DNA of 63,993 nucleotides, counting the filler, from Vicugna vicugna (lineage: Eukaryota), in assembly GCA_013265495.1 (NCBI GenBank). It is 73 parts of 72 records of this genome, joined end to end, with 100 filler letters (N's around TTAATTAATTAA, not from the genome) between each part and the next. Parts side by side here need not be neighbours in the genome. Positions count along the whole stretch, not along the records: positions 23,876 to 24,818 come from PNXW01025896.1; positions 24,919 to 26,621 come from MU062763.1; positions 26,722 to 27,618 come from PNXW01025908.1; positions 27,719 to 28,821 come from MU062767.1; positions 28,922 to 29,561 come from PNXW01025911.1; positions 29,662 to 30,289 come from PNXW01025912.1; positions 30,390 to 31,358 come from MU062768.1; positions 31,459 to 32,220 come from PNXW01025915.1; 65 more parts are not named here. One strand, 5' to 3'. The translations under genes were made by a program, and so were the position numbers. The notes under the pieces were generated by a model, which worked only from the letters and a program-made list of their open reading frames with translations, made no database searches and was not told the origin of the DNA. Below, piece after piece: positions 24,329 to 36,681 of this stretch. Within the stretch, counting starts at the first letter, position 1, and each line of letters begins with the position of its first letter.

Positions 24329-24705
24329 GCTGCAGTATCCTAAGATAAATATAATATAGATGTAGCTGTGACTTCTGAAAAGTTAAAACTTTATCACATA
24401 TCAGTTCTCTCCTCCCCCTTCCCCCTGTTTTGTTTGTACCATTTCTACATTCTGAGAACATAAAGCCATTAGGAGACAGGCTGGGACCTGGGACCCTTTA
24501 CCCAAGTGCTCATGTTGATTTTGTGGGAGAAAAGCCCAGTGACTCCATGTCTGGTGCAGGGCCAGGTACTGTCTGTGCTCTGTCTAGGATACATATTTCT
24601 GTATTTCAACTATTCTTTATGATTTTTAGTTTTTAAAATGAGGTAATTTCATATGGAAAATGGAAGCAAGTAAGGTGTAAACAGTTGATCTTCTCATTTC
24701 TCCAG

Positions 24706-24801
24706 TCTCCTGCAAACGCTGTATATAATGCCAGACGTTGGAACCATCCAGACTCAGAACTACCTGGGCCACTGGGAATAAAACCTCAGAGTGTCACAGT
24801 A
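24706..24801 (+). CDS. Candidate internal coding exon (96 bp, phase 0-0): [32 protein letters not shown]; gene not recognised
   Basis: Pyrimidine-rich acceptor tcttctcatttctccAG ending at 24705, open frame, donor GTGAGC at 24802, and a length divisible by 3. Confidence 0.45.
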
Positions 24802-24918
24802 GTGAGCTGTACTTTACANNNNNNNNNNNNNNNNNNNNNNNNNNNNNNNNNNNNNNNNNNNNTTAATTAATTAANNNNNNNNNNNNNNNNNNNNNNNNNN
24901 NNNNNNNNNNNNNNNNNN

Positions 24919-26621
24919 GAAGTATTTTTCTGTGAAAAAAGCAAGAGTTCGAAACTGGTGTTATTGAAAGTTTGTGAAAATGAGTACACGTGTCTAGATG
25001 AAAACATTCCATTTATAGAGAATGTAAGATCACTAATCCACATGGTCTCAACTCAGGAATGCATGTTTGTCGAAACCATCATGCCTGTAGCATGTACGGA
25101 AATATGAATATCATGTTGATGTAATCTATTCAAATTATATATCTCTTGGGTAGAATTCGCTCAAGAGGGTTTTTCTGGGGTCAAAGTGTCATTCTTGAAA
25201 CTGGTGATAGGAAGAAANNNNNNNNNNNNNNNNNNNNNNNNNNNNNNNNNNNNNNNNNNNNNNNNNNNNNNNNNNNNNNNNNNNNNNNNNNNNNNNNNNN
25301 NNNNNNNNNNNNNNNNNNNNNNNNNNNNNNNNNNNNNNNNNNNNNNNNNNNNNNNNNNNNNNNNNNNNNNNNNNNNNNNNNNNNNNNNNNNNNNNNNNNN
25401 NNNNNNNNNNNNNNNNNNNNNNNNNNNNNNNNNNNNNNNNNNNNNNNNNNNNNNNNNNNNNNNNNNNNNNNNNNNNNNNNNNNNNNNNNNNNNNNNNNNN
25501 AAGTCAAAGTAAATAATTCAAAGTGCATAGGTAACTTGTTTGGTGGTTGAAACATCAGTCATGCGCATGTTCACAACTCAGAAATGCATGTTTGAGGAAT
25601 CCATGATGCATGAATCATGTTCGGAATACGGAATGCCATGGATATGTAGACAATGTAAATTACATGTGTATTCTTGAGAATTCGCTCAAAGAGTTTTTCT
25701 GGTACCTAATGTCCTATTTTAGGACCTGGTTATAGGTAAAACGTATGAAGTCTGAGTAAATATTTCTAAGTGTATATATGCCTTGTTTGGTGGATGAAAC
25801 ATATGTAATCCACATGCTCACAAGTCAGGAACGCATGTTTTCCGGATCCGTCATGCCTGAAGCATGTACGGAACCCGGAATGCCATGTTGATGGAATTCA
25901 TGTAAATTACATATCTATTAGGTTGAAATGGCTTCAGAAGTATTTTTCTATGAAAAATGCATGAATCGAAACTGGTGTTAGGGAAAGCTTTTGAAAATGA
26001 GTACACGTGTCTAGATAAAAATTTTCCTTTTATACAGGATGGAAGATTAGTAATCCAGATGCTCTCAATTCAGGAATGCATGTTTGTCGTATCCGTCATA
26101 TATGTAGCATGTACGAAACNNNNNNNNNNNNNNNNNNNNNNNNNNNNNNNNNNNNNNNNNNNNNNNNNNNNNNNNNNNNNNNNNNNNNNNNNNNNNNNNN
26201 NNNNNNNNNNNNNNNNNNNNNNNNNNNNNNNNNNNNNNNNNNNNNNNNNNNNNNNNNNNNNNNNNNNNNNNNNNNNNNNNNNNNNNNNNNNNNNNNNNNN
26301 NNNNNNNNNNNNNNNNNNNNNNNNNNNNNNNNNNNNNNNNNNNNNNNNNNNNNNNNNNNNNNNNNNNNNNNNNNNNNNNNNNNNNNNNNNNNNNNNNNNN
26401 NNNNNNNNNNNNNNNNNNNNNNNNNNNNNNNNNNNNNNNNNNNNNNNNNNNNNNNNNNNNNNNNNNNNNNNNNNNNNNNNNNNNNNNNNNNNNNNNNNNN
26501 NNNNNNNNNNNNNNNNNNNNNNNNNNNNNNNNNNNNNNNNNNNNNNNNNNNNNNNNNNNNNNNNNATCCCGACTCAATCATGCATGTATCAAGTACGGAA
26601 CCCGGAATGCCATGTTGATGG
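24919..26621. repeat. Satellite family A (two internal gaps)
   Basis: Subunit order A3, A1, then A2, A3. Confidence 0.94.
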
Positions 26622-26721
26622 NNNNNNNNNNNNNNNNNNNNNNNNNNNNNNNNNNNNNNNNNNNNTTAATTAATTAANNNNNNNNNNNNNNNNNNNNNNN
26701 NNNNNNNNNNNNNNNNNNNNN

Positions 26722-27618
26722 CTAGGAAAACACTTAGGGAAGTCAAGCTAAGGCATTCTATTAAAAGCCAGGTGCTGCTTTCTGTTGGAAGAACCTCCCC
26801 ACACTCAGAACCCCAGAACACTTCTTCCTGTGTGTGCTGGAGGTGGGGAAACATAGCACACGCATTTTTCAGGGGGAACTGTGATTCCACGGTTGTGGTT
26901 TGTAGGTCAAACACCCACATCCCATGGATAGGCTCTCGCTAATACTTGGTTTAGAGCCAAATCCCATTCCATCATGGAAGACAAGTCAAGGTATTGTATT
27001 AGAACCCAGGCGCTGCTGTTAGTGAGAAGAACCTCCCCACACTCAAGACATCTGAACCCAATGCCGTGTGTGTGCTGGAAGAGGGTAACAGAGTCCGCGT
27101 ATATTTCTGGGGGCACTGGTGTTCCCAGGTTGGGGATGTAGTTAAACACTTCCACTGCTCATAGAGAGGCACTCGCTATTACTTTGTTTCATTGTCCACC
27201 ACACCTTCGCTCACAGCCCGGCTTATGGAAACACTCAGGGAAGTCAAGCCAAGTGATTCTATTAGATCCCAGGTGCTGCCGTCAGATTGAGGAGCCTCCC
27301 CACACTTAAGATAGCCGAAGAGTTCTTCGTGTGTGTGCTGGAAGAGGGTAACAGAGTCCGCGTATATTTCTGGGGGCACTGGTGTTCCCAGGTTGGGGAT
27401 GTTGGTAAACACTTCCACTGCTCATAGAGAAGCACTAGCTATTACTTTGGTTTTGTGCCCAACCCCACCTTAACTCACATCCTGGCCAAAGGAAACAATC
27501 AGGGATGTCAATCCAAGAGATTCTATTAGATCCCAGGTGCTGCCGTCAGATTGAGGAGCCTCCCCACACTTAAGATAGCCGAAGAGTTCTTCGTGTGTGT
27601 GCTGGATTTGGGGAAACA
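26722..27618. repeat. Satellite family D, ~3.4 monomers
   Basis: gagggtaacagagtccg at 27081 and 27344 (263); attagatcccaggtgc at 27261 and 27525 (264). Confidence 0.92.
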
Positions 27619-27727
27619 NNNNNNNNNNNNNNNNNNNNNNNNNNNNNNNNNNNNNNNNNNNNTTAATTAATTAANNNNNNNNNNNNNNNNNNNNNNNNNN
27701 NNNNNNNNNNNNNNNNNNTGGCCCAGA

Positions 27728-27822
27728 GTGTGTGTGTGTGTATTACATATATACACACACATATATATATATGTATTGAAGACTGTATAATGCACAGACA
27801 TACACACATATATATATATATA
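27728..27822. repeat. Compound (GT)/(CA)/(TA) microsatellite
   Basis: Visible dinucleotide runs leading into a gap. Confidence 0.85.
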
Positions 27823-28189
27823 NNNNNNNNNNNNNNNNNNNNNNNNNNNNNNNNNNNNNNNNNNNNNNNNNNNNNNNNNNNNNNNNNNNNNNNNNNNNNN
27901 NNNNNNNNNNNNNNNNNNNNNNNNNNNNNNNNNNNNNNNNNNNNNNNNNNNNNNNNNNNNNNNNNNNNNNNNNNNNNNNNNNNNNNNGGGCTTATAAATT
28001 AAAATCCTTTGACTCTCAACTGTGTCCCTTTCTGTTCTTCTAATCTGGAATTATCTCTTTTGCTTTAGTTATTATATTGAATCTGACTCAGATTTTCTAT
28101 CAATTTAAATTTGTAAGTTAAAAAAATAGTGAAATTTTGTTAGAATTAATATATAGTTAATATATAGGGTTTAATTTTTTTTTTTAGGC

Positions 28190-28370
28190 TGTAAATCTTG
28201 ACCCTGACACTTTCTGCCTGTAGTCTCTCATTTCTGATGTACATTCTCTAAGTCTTGATCTATCCTCATTTGTTGGGCATAGTAACAGTGGTAAACTCAT
28301 TGAGTTGCTTTGAGGATTATATAAGAAACGCAAATTATTAGCTTAAATCTCAGCCCATATTTAGCTTTCA
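28190..28370 (+). mobile_element. MIR fragment
   Basis: tcctcatttg...gggcatagtaacagt...ctcattgagttgctttgaggatta resembles the MIR core and 3' part. Confidence 0.45.
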
Positions 28371-28921
28371 ATTAAAGGTAATAATAATTACTTAGCTTTC
28401 AAAACTCATTTCATTTTAAAAAGTCATAATTTTAACATATGGATTTTTATTTATAGGGAGGCAGTTTTTAATGTTTAATAAAAGAAAAAGAATTACAAAA
28501 ATATGTTTGAAATGATTGAATATTATAATAAAAGAATAAGTAGATTGGGTTGACAATAAAAGAAAATTCCACACTTTATTAATCATAGTGCTATTAACTT
28601 AATTATAATGTGTAGGAAATGTAATGTATGTTCTCAATTGTCTTTAGGTTAATGGTAAAACAAGCAACAGACAATAAACTAACATGCATTGAGATCATGG
28701 GGTGATAATTAAACATGGAACAATTTAAAATACTAACATAATGTACTTATTTTGATCTTGGATAGAATTGTTGTACGACTAACTGAAAGTATGAATGTGG
28801 TATTGTCTTTGAAAGGTTAACNNNNNNNNNNNNNNNNNNNNNNNNNNNNNNNNNNNNNNNNNNNNTTAATTAATTAANNNNNNNNNNNNNNNNNNNNNNN
28901 NNNNNNNNNNNNNNNNNNNNN

Positions 28922-29561
28922 GAGAATTCGCTCAAAGAGTGTTTTCTGGTGTCAAATGTCCGATTTCAGAACCTGGTGATAGAAAAAATCTATGAAGTCA
29001 GATTAAATTTTTCTAAGAGTATATATTCCTTTTATGGTGGATGAAAGTTCAATAATCCACATGCTCACAACTCAGAGACTCATGTTTTCGTATCTGTCAT
29101 GCATGTAGCATGTACGGGACCCGGAATGCCATGTTGATGGAATTCATGTAAATTACATATCTGTTAGGTGGAAATCGCTCCAGAAGTATTTTTCTGTGAA
29201 AAATGCACGAATTCCAAACTGGTGCTAGGGAAAGCTTGTGAAAATGTGTACACGGGTCTAGATGAAAATATTCCTTTTATAGAGGGTGAAAGATTATTAA
29301 TCCAGATGCCCTCAACTCAGGAATGCATGTTTGTCGAATCCGTCATTTATGTAGCATGTAAGGAACACGGAATATCATCTAGATGGAATCTATTCAAATT
29401 ACATAAGGGTAGGATTCGCTCCAAGAGGGTTTTTCTGGGGTCAAAGTGTGATTCTTGAAACTGGTGATAGGAATGAGCTATGAAGTCACAGTAAATATTT
29501 CAGAGTGCTTAGGTATCTTGTTTGGTGGTTGAAAAATCAGTCATACGCATGTTCACAACTG
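28922..29561. repeat. Satellite family A
   Basis: tcgctc landmarks at about 28927 (A2), 29174 (A3) and 29415 (A1). Confidence 0.95.
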
Positions 29562-29661
29562 NNNNNNNNNNNNNNNNNNNNNNNNNNNNNNNNNNNNNNN
29601 NNNNNTTAATTAATTAANNNNNNNNNNNNNNNNNNNNNNNNNNNNNNNNNNNNNNNNNNNN

Positions 29662-30110
29662 TCTTTTTCTTGTCTGATTGCTGTGGCTAAGACTTCCTAT
29701 ACTATGCTAAATAGAAGTTACAGGAGTGGACATCCTTGTCTTGTTCCTTATTTCAGAAAAACATCTTGCAGCTTTTCACCATTATGATGTTAGTTGTGAG
29801 TTTATCATAAATGACCTTTATAATGCTGAGCTATTTCCATTTATAAAGACTTTGATTAGAGTCTTTATAATGAATAGATACTGAATTTTGTCAAATGCTT
29901 TTCTCTGTGTTTAGAAAGATGATTATGTGATTATTATCCCTCCTGCTGTTAAAGTGGTGTATCACATTCATTGGTTTGTGAATGTTGAAATATCTCTGTG
30001 ACACTGGAATTAATCCAACTTATTTATAGTTTATTATTCTTGTTATGTATTGTTGGATTCAATTTGCTAATAAATTCTTTCATGATGTTAATCAGAGACA
30101 TTGGCTTGTA
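29662..30110 (-). mobile_element. L1 ORF2 (RT region) fragment, degenerate
   Basis: tgattgctgtggctaagacttcc..tactatg...ggacatccttgtcttgttcct...gaattttgtcaaatgcttttt. Confidence 0.88.
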
Positions 30111-30112
30111 AT

Positions 30113-30289
30113 TCCTTCCCTCCTTCCTTCCTTTCCTTTCCTTTTCCTTCCTTCCCTCCCTTCTTCCTTCCTTCCCTCTTTCCTTCCTTCCTTCCTTTCT
30201 CTTTCTTCCTTCCTTTCTTCCTTCCTTTCTTCCTTCCTTTCTCTCTTTCTTTCCTTTCTTCCTTCCTTTCTTCCTTCCTTTCTTCCTTC
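30113..30289. repeat. (TTCC)n/(TTTC)n polypyrimidine microsatellite
   Basis: Direct reading of the sequence. Confidence 0.95.
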
Positions 30290-30389
30290 NNNNNNNNNNN
30301 NNNNNNNNNNNNNNNNNNNNNNNNNNNNNNNNNTTAATTAATTAANNNNNNNNNNNNNNNNNNNNNNNNNNNNNNNNNNNNNNNNNNNN

Positions 30390-30502
30390 AGCGTCTGGGA
30401 TCCTGACGACATCACCGAACCTTCTAACCAATCCCAACTCTGTTGCTGTAGCCACTGTTACTTCGGGCTCCTATTATTATTTGCAGCTAAAAGCATTCTG
30501 AC
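30390..30502 (+). mobile_element. Possible old MLT1 (MaLR) LTR 3' remnant
   Basis: ctgggatcctga.gacatca...gccactgttac..gggctcct.ttatt..ttgcagctaaaagcattctgac resembles old MLT1 ends. Confidence 0.4.
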
Positions 30503-30949
30503 AAATTTCCCAAGGCCTACAGCAGACCTCCTCCTTTCTGTAGTACTAGAAAGGCTTTCAGAAGCGTGCCTGAGCTAGGTAGTCACCTCATTCCCAACCA
30601 TTCCTACAGCATCCTTCCTGCACCAACAAAATGAAACTCAGATTCTGCAAAGTTCACTGGCACAACTTAGCCTCTGCACTGCTGTCCTTTCTGCCAAATG
30701 TAATCTTCAAAGATGTTCCACTCACCCAACACTGCCCTTCTGTCTCCTTCCTTGGCAAACTTCTACTCGCTCTGCATGGCTTACCTGCCATCCTATCCAC
30801 TTTTAAAAAACTTCTTTCCTCACCATGGACTTAATTTGGCACATATTAAATACCAGTAAAAGTATATATAAAGACAGTTACAAAGTCCTAGTGGGCTCTG
30901 GGACACAGCAAGCACAGAATAAACTAAAGCAAATCATAAAACTGGCGAT

Positions 30950-31070
30950 GACAGTAACAAGCTCCCGGAGGCCAGGAACTGTGCTTTTGACCTGTTTGCA
31001 TTCTGTAACGTCAGAGTGCTGCTTAGTACCTAAGCGACACTTGAGAGTCATCTGTTAAGTGGATGAATTA
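30950..31070 (+). mobile_element. L2 3' end fragment
   Basis: aagctcc.ggaggccaggaactgtg...agtgct...gtacctaagcgacactt...atctgttaagtggatgaat. Confidence 0.5.
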
Positions 31071-31458
31071 ANNNNNNNNNNNNNNNNNNNNNNNNNNNNN
31101 NNNNNNNNNNNNNNNNNNNNNNNNNNNNNNNNNNNNNNNNNNNNNNNNNNNNNNNNNNNNNNNNNNNNNNNNNNNNNNNNNNNNNNNNNNNNAATCTTAG
31201 TATACAACAGAAGTTCTTTGCTTGATCCAGGTCTACCAAGTTAAAGGTGCCCTCATACAGTTCAGACCGAACAGCACGCTAAGGGTCACATCTAGGCAAC
31301 ACAGTCTTTTTTTTTTTTTTTAATGTGAAGCACCTCTGTGCTTTTATTACAATTTGTTNNNNNNNNNNNNNNNNNNNNNNNNNNNNNNNNNNNNNNNNNN
31401 NNTTAATTAATTAANNNNNNNNNNNNNNNNNNNNNNNNNNNNNNNNNNNNNNNNNNNN

Positions 31459-32220
31459 GAGGCTGCTTCCCCAAGTTCAGGGAAGATATTTCTCGAACTT
31501 CCCTTTTCAGGGAACACCTGTGACTGAAGAGAGCTGCATGTAGTTGTCTCTCGAGCCCCCCACGTACTGACTATGGTTCCGGAATCCTGAGCGTGGGGAG
31601 GTTCCACCAAATGTCGGCAGCGCGTGGGTTCTAACGTAATGCCTAAGCTCGACTCCCCCGGGTATGTTCCTTATGTCTCTTTGCCAGGGAATTCTAGGGG
31701 GGTTTGCAGGCAATTCCAATGACAGAGACTGCCTCCCCAACCTCAGGGAAGGTATTTCCAAGAATTCCCCCTAACAGGGAACACCTGTGACTGAAGAGAG
31801 CTGCGTGGAGTTGTCTCTCGTGCTCCCCCACGCACTGACAATGGTTCCGGAATCCTGAGCGAGGGGAGGTTCCACCAACGGTCGGCAGCGCGTGGGTTCT
31901 AACGGAATGCCTAAGCTCGTCTCCCCTGGGTTTTTTCCTAATATCTCTGTGCCAGGGAATGCTAGGGGGGGTTTCAGGCAATCCCAGGGGCAGAGGCTGC
32001 CTCCCCAAGGTCAGGGAAGTTATTTCTCGGACTTCCCCGTTCAAGGAACACCTGTGACTGAAGAGAGCTGCGTGGAGTTGTCCCTCGAGCTCCCCACGCA
32101 CTAACAAAACAAAGGTTCCGGAATCCTGAGCGTGGTGAGGTTCCACCAGAGGTCAGCAGAGCGTGGGTTCTAACGTAATGCCTAAGCTCGTCTCCCCTGG
32201 GTTTTTTACTAATGTCTCTG
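31459..32220. repeat. Satellite family B, reverse orientation
   Basis: gaacacctgtgactgaagagagctgc occurs three times about 267-275 apart. Confidence 0.95.
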
Positions 32221-32320
32221 NNNNNNNNNNNNNNNNNNNNNNNNNNNNNNNNNNNNNNNNNNNNTTAATTAATTAANNNNNNNNNNNNNNNNNNNNNNNN
32301 NNNNNNNNNNNNNNNNNNNN

Positions 32321-33444
32321 AGTACGGAATGCCATGGTTATGTAAACAATGCAAATTAAATGTGTTTTGGTGAGATTTCCCTCAAAGAGTGTTTTCTGTT
32401 GCCAAAAGTCCGATTTTAGATCTTGGTGATAGAAAAAACTATGAAGTCCGAGTAAATATTTCTAAGCCTATATACGCCTTGTTTGGTGGATGAAAGGTCA
32501 GTAATCCACATGCTCACAATCCAGAAACGNNNNNNNNNNNNNNNNNNNNNNNNNNNNNNNNNNNNNNNNNNNNNNNNNNNNNNNNNNNNNNNNNNNNNNN
32601 NNNNNNNNNNNNNNNNNNNNNNNNNNNNNNNNNNNNNNNNNNNNNNNNNNNNNNNNNNNNNNNNNNNNNNNNNNNNNNNNNNNNNNNNNNNNNNNNNNNN
32701 NNNNNNNNNNNNNNNNNNNNNNNNNNNNNNNNNNNNNNNNNNNNNNNNNNNNNNNNNNNNNNNNNNNNNNNNNNNNNNNNNNNNNNNNNNNNNNNNNNNN
32801 NNNNNNNNNNNNNNNNNNNNNNNNNNNNNNNNNNNNNNNNNNNNNNAATTACATATCTCTAAGGAATAATTCGCTCCAAGAGGGTTTTTGTGGGATCAAA
32901 GTGTGATTCTTGTAACTGGTGATAGGAAGAAGCTACAAAGTCAAAGTAAATATTTCAGAGAGAATAAGTAACTTGTTTGGTAGTTGTAACTTCAGTCCTG
33001 CGCATGTTCACAACTCAGAAATTCATGTTTGAGGTATCCATGATGCATGGACATGTTTGTAATACGGAATGCCATGTTTATGTAAACAATGTAAATTACA
33101 TGTGCATTGGTGAGAATTCGCTCAAAGTGTGTTTTCTGGAGGAAATTTGTCCGATTTTAGAACCTGGTAATAGGAAAACCTATGAAGTCAGAGTAAATAT
33201 GTCTAAGTAAATATTCGCCTTGTCGGAGGATGAAAGGTCAGTAATCCACATGCTCACAAGTCAGTAACGCATGATTGTCAAATCCGTCATACATGTAGCA
33301 TGTACCGAACCCGGAATGCCATGTTGTTGGAATTCATGTAAATTAAATATCTGTTAGTTTGAATTCGCTCCAGAACTATAACTCCAGAACTATTTTTCGG
33401 TGAAAAATGCACGAATTCGGACCTGGTGTTAGGGAAAGCTTGTG
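32321..33444. repeat. Satellite family A
   Basis: Subunits A2, gap, then A1, A2, A3. Confidence 0.94.
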
Positions 33445-33837
33445 NNNNNNNNNNNNNNNNNNNNNNNNNNNNNNNNNNNNNNNNNNNNTTAATTAATTAA
33501 NNNNNNNNNNNNNNNNNNNNNNNNNNNNNNNNNNNNNNNNNNNNTTTGTTTAAACCTTCTATTACAAATAGGTAAATTAAGACTGTAAGTAGGTGCAACA
33601 TCGTCACCTATGGCTACAACGACCTTCCAGGTTGCCGGGAAAGATGCAACACAAAAATTGCCTGTAGGATCAGAAACGAGAATCAGATAACTAAAAGCTT
33701 ATGTAGCACATACTGCACTTTGCTTCGGGGAAGGATGTTCAGTATTTAATCTCATATTGCTAATACTCCTGAATATAAACAGAAGACATAGGCTCATAGA
33801 AACTCATCTTAGAAGAGGAAAGAATACAGTCCAGCCA

Positions 33838-33925
33838 CTTTATTTTACAGGAGGGGAAACTGAGACATGGAATCTGTCCTCCTGGCAATCGGCAGCAAAG
33901 CTCTCCTAGGCTTCATGTCTTGCAC
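33838..33925 (-). mobile_element. MIR fragment
   Basis: tattttacaggaggggaaactgagacatgg is the antisense MIR core. Confidence 0.55.
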
Positions 33926-35545
33926 TGTAGCAATAACCAACAGACTTGTACTAGACCTATATACATAAAAGTCACGTCTGTATTTTTCCAACAGTAGGTT
34001 ATCTAAGTATCTTGCAAAATAGTTCTCAAAGAGCCAGGATATCATAAAAGTTTGTTGAAATACAAAAACATTTATTTACATAATAAAACAGCNNNNNNNN
34101 NNNNNNNNNNNNNNNNNNNNNNNNNNNNNNNNNNNNTTAATTAATTAANNNNNNNNNNNNNNNNNNNNNNNNNNNNNNNNNNNNNNNNNNNNGGAGAAAT
34201 CAGTGAGAAAGGCGTACATACCCCAGTCATGTCTGCACGACTAGAAGTGCCACAACGTGCTAAAAATGTATACCGTCATAACCCCTGGGCTCCCATGGAC
34301 TGGTTTCACATTAACCAAACTCATGAGAGACTGATGCAAGAAAACCAGAAATTTAACTTATTAATGTAACAGAAGATGTGAAACTATGAACCAGACTGCA
34401 ATATCAGAGTTCAACCATGAGTATATGTTCTCCTCCACGGCCCAAACACGGGCAGGCAGTCACATGGCAAGTGTGGACAGAAGCAGAGCAGGAAGGATTT
34501 CTAGATGAATTCAATGGACTAAATTTCNNNNNNNNNNNNNNNNNNNNNNNNNNNNNNNNNNNNNNNNNNNNNNNNNNNNNNNNNNNNNNNNNNNNNNNNN
34601 NNNNNNNNNNNNNNNNNNNNNNNNNNNNNNNNNNNNNNNNNNNNNNNNNNNNNNNNNNNNNNNNNNNNNNNNNNNNNNNNNNNNNNNNNNNNNNNNNNNN
34701 NNNNNNNNNNNNNNNNNNNNNNNNNNNNNNNNNNNNNNNNNNNNNNNNNNNNNNNNNNNNNNNNNNNNNNNNNNNNNNNNNNNNNNNNNNNNNNNNNNNN
34801 NNNNNNNNNNNNNNNNNNNNNNNNNNNNNNNNNNNNNNNNNNNNNNNNNNNNNNNNNNNNNNNNNNNNNNNNNNNNNNNNNNNNNNNNNNNNNNNNNNNN
34901 NNNNNNNNNNNNNNNNNNNNNNNNNNNNNNNNNNNNNNNNNNNNNNNNNNNNNNAGTCTCCTTCCTAATCATCTTCTGTGTTTCCTGGCTAGACTAATAC
35001 CCAAAGGAAATTCTTATTTCTCCTTTTATAAACTCATGGGATGAACCCTTCTGTTCCATCCCACCACCTGTTTAAACTGATGGAAGGGATACCTCCTCCC
35101 CACTCCTCTGGGCCATGCAGAGTGCTACTCCCTTCACAGCCCTGACCCCTGGCCCACAGCTAGCCCTCCTCACATTAACAGATTGAGTTGTGATTCCGGG
35201 GAGACAAGCAGGGCATGTGAAACCCTTCCTTTCCCTCCAGTGTTTACTACCCTAGGGAAGAACCCTGGATGCTCAGCTCCATGGCAGAACAGCCACGTGC
35301 ATGATGGGGCACATTCTCTCAAGGGAAGGCTTGCTGTGGCCCAGAGATACCTGGGACAGGGTGAGTCTCTACTTCTGTCATGATACTGTATCATGACACA
35401 GGGACACAGTATCATGACACTCATTTACCCACAGCCCTGAAGTTCNNNNNNNNNNNNNNNNNNNNNNNNNNNNNNNNNNNNNNNNNNNNTTAATTAATTA
35501 ANNNNNNNNNNNNNNNNNNNNNNNNNNNNNNNNNNNNNNNNNNNN

Positions 35546-36054
35546 CTCAGGGAAGACTGAGGAACAGCACTGTCCCTGGTCTGGCCCAAATCCAGCTCCT
35601 TGTTGGTCTTGGTGAAGCAAGTTCTCTGAGGAACCAGGACAGAATGATCCTATCTGTCTCAGCCTGTAGAGAAGACTGCGTCTGTCCCTTAAGGCTGCTA
35701 AGTCCTTAGACGTGGATGCCGATATTGCCCCTGCTGCTGCCTGGGTGCAAAACACCAGAGTGTATGGTGTCTGTGTCTGAGCCCCAGCTCTCTTCACCGA
35801 GAAACTTTTGTGAATTTTCAGACATGGTTATATTGCACCCTTCCACCCACAGGGCACATCTGCCCTGTTGTTTTATGAAGGGCCCAGGTTGTTCTGCCCT
35901 GTACACCCACAGCAATGACACAAGACCCCTCCATTCCCCCAGACTGCCTCAGTGCAGCCATCCACATCTTCCACCTAGCTCATGCAGCATGGCCCTGACC
36001 CCAGCTTCTGGGCTGCACCTTGGGCTGGGTGTCTGTGCCTGTTTAACTTAGTTC
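35546..36054. repeat. Unclassified multicopy sequence H, copy 1
   Basis: 35639-36054 aligns co-linearly with 59645-60058 (cacagggcacatctgccct.ttgttttatg; tgtttaacttagttc). Confidence 0.88.
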
Positions 36055-36681
36055 NNNNNNNNNNNNNNNNNNNNNNNNNNNNNNNNNNNNNNNNNNNNTT
36101 AATTAATTAANNNNNNNNNNNNNNNNNNNNNNNNNNNNNNNNNNNNNNNNNNNNTGATGTGTCAAGTTGGGGTGATAATATTTTAGGGCTTTCGTGAAAT
36201 ATTATACACATAATTCATTTGTGTCTCGGTAGAAACAAGATCTGCTAGGGATTCAGGGATTTGTTTAAAAAAAATTCTTGTCCATAGCACTCTGTCTGTG
36301 TGTATTTAGATGTTCCTGGAGGGTGAGGGTGAGTCTAAAGTCCATTGTGACATCGTGGGGCAGGTGGCCCATAGTTCTCTGTGCCCCAGATTGCCCCCTC
36401 CTCCCCAGTCCTCTTCCTCAGTCCAGGATGAATTTCCCTAGTAAATTTACACAGAAGTCTTGTGGAAATGGCTTTTCATTTCATTATTTCACCTAGAAGG
36501 GCTGCCTTAATGACCTGTGTTGTCAGGTATTGAAGAACTGCCATCATGATGTCTGGTCAGGTTAAGGCTATGCAATTGGGANNNNNNNNNNNNNNNNNNN
36601 NNNNNNNNNNNNNNNNNNNNNNNNNTTAATTAATTAANNNNNNNNNNNNNNNNNNNNNNNNNNNNNNNNNNNNNNNNNNNN

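Noticed and set aside
30045..30341. LPSF-repeat ORFs
   Set aside because: They are translations of a (TTCC)n microsatellite.
34222..34330. Minus-strand segment with good acceptor and donor sites (109 nt)
   Set aside because: It has stop codons in all three frames and no recognisable product; at most a non-coding or dead exon.
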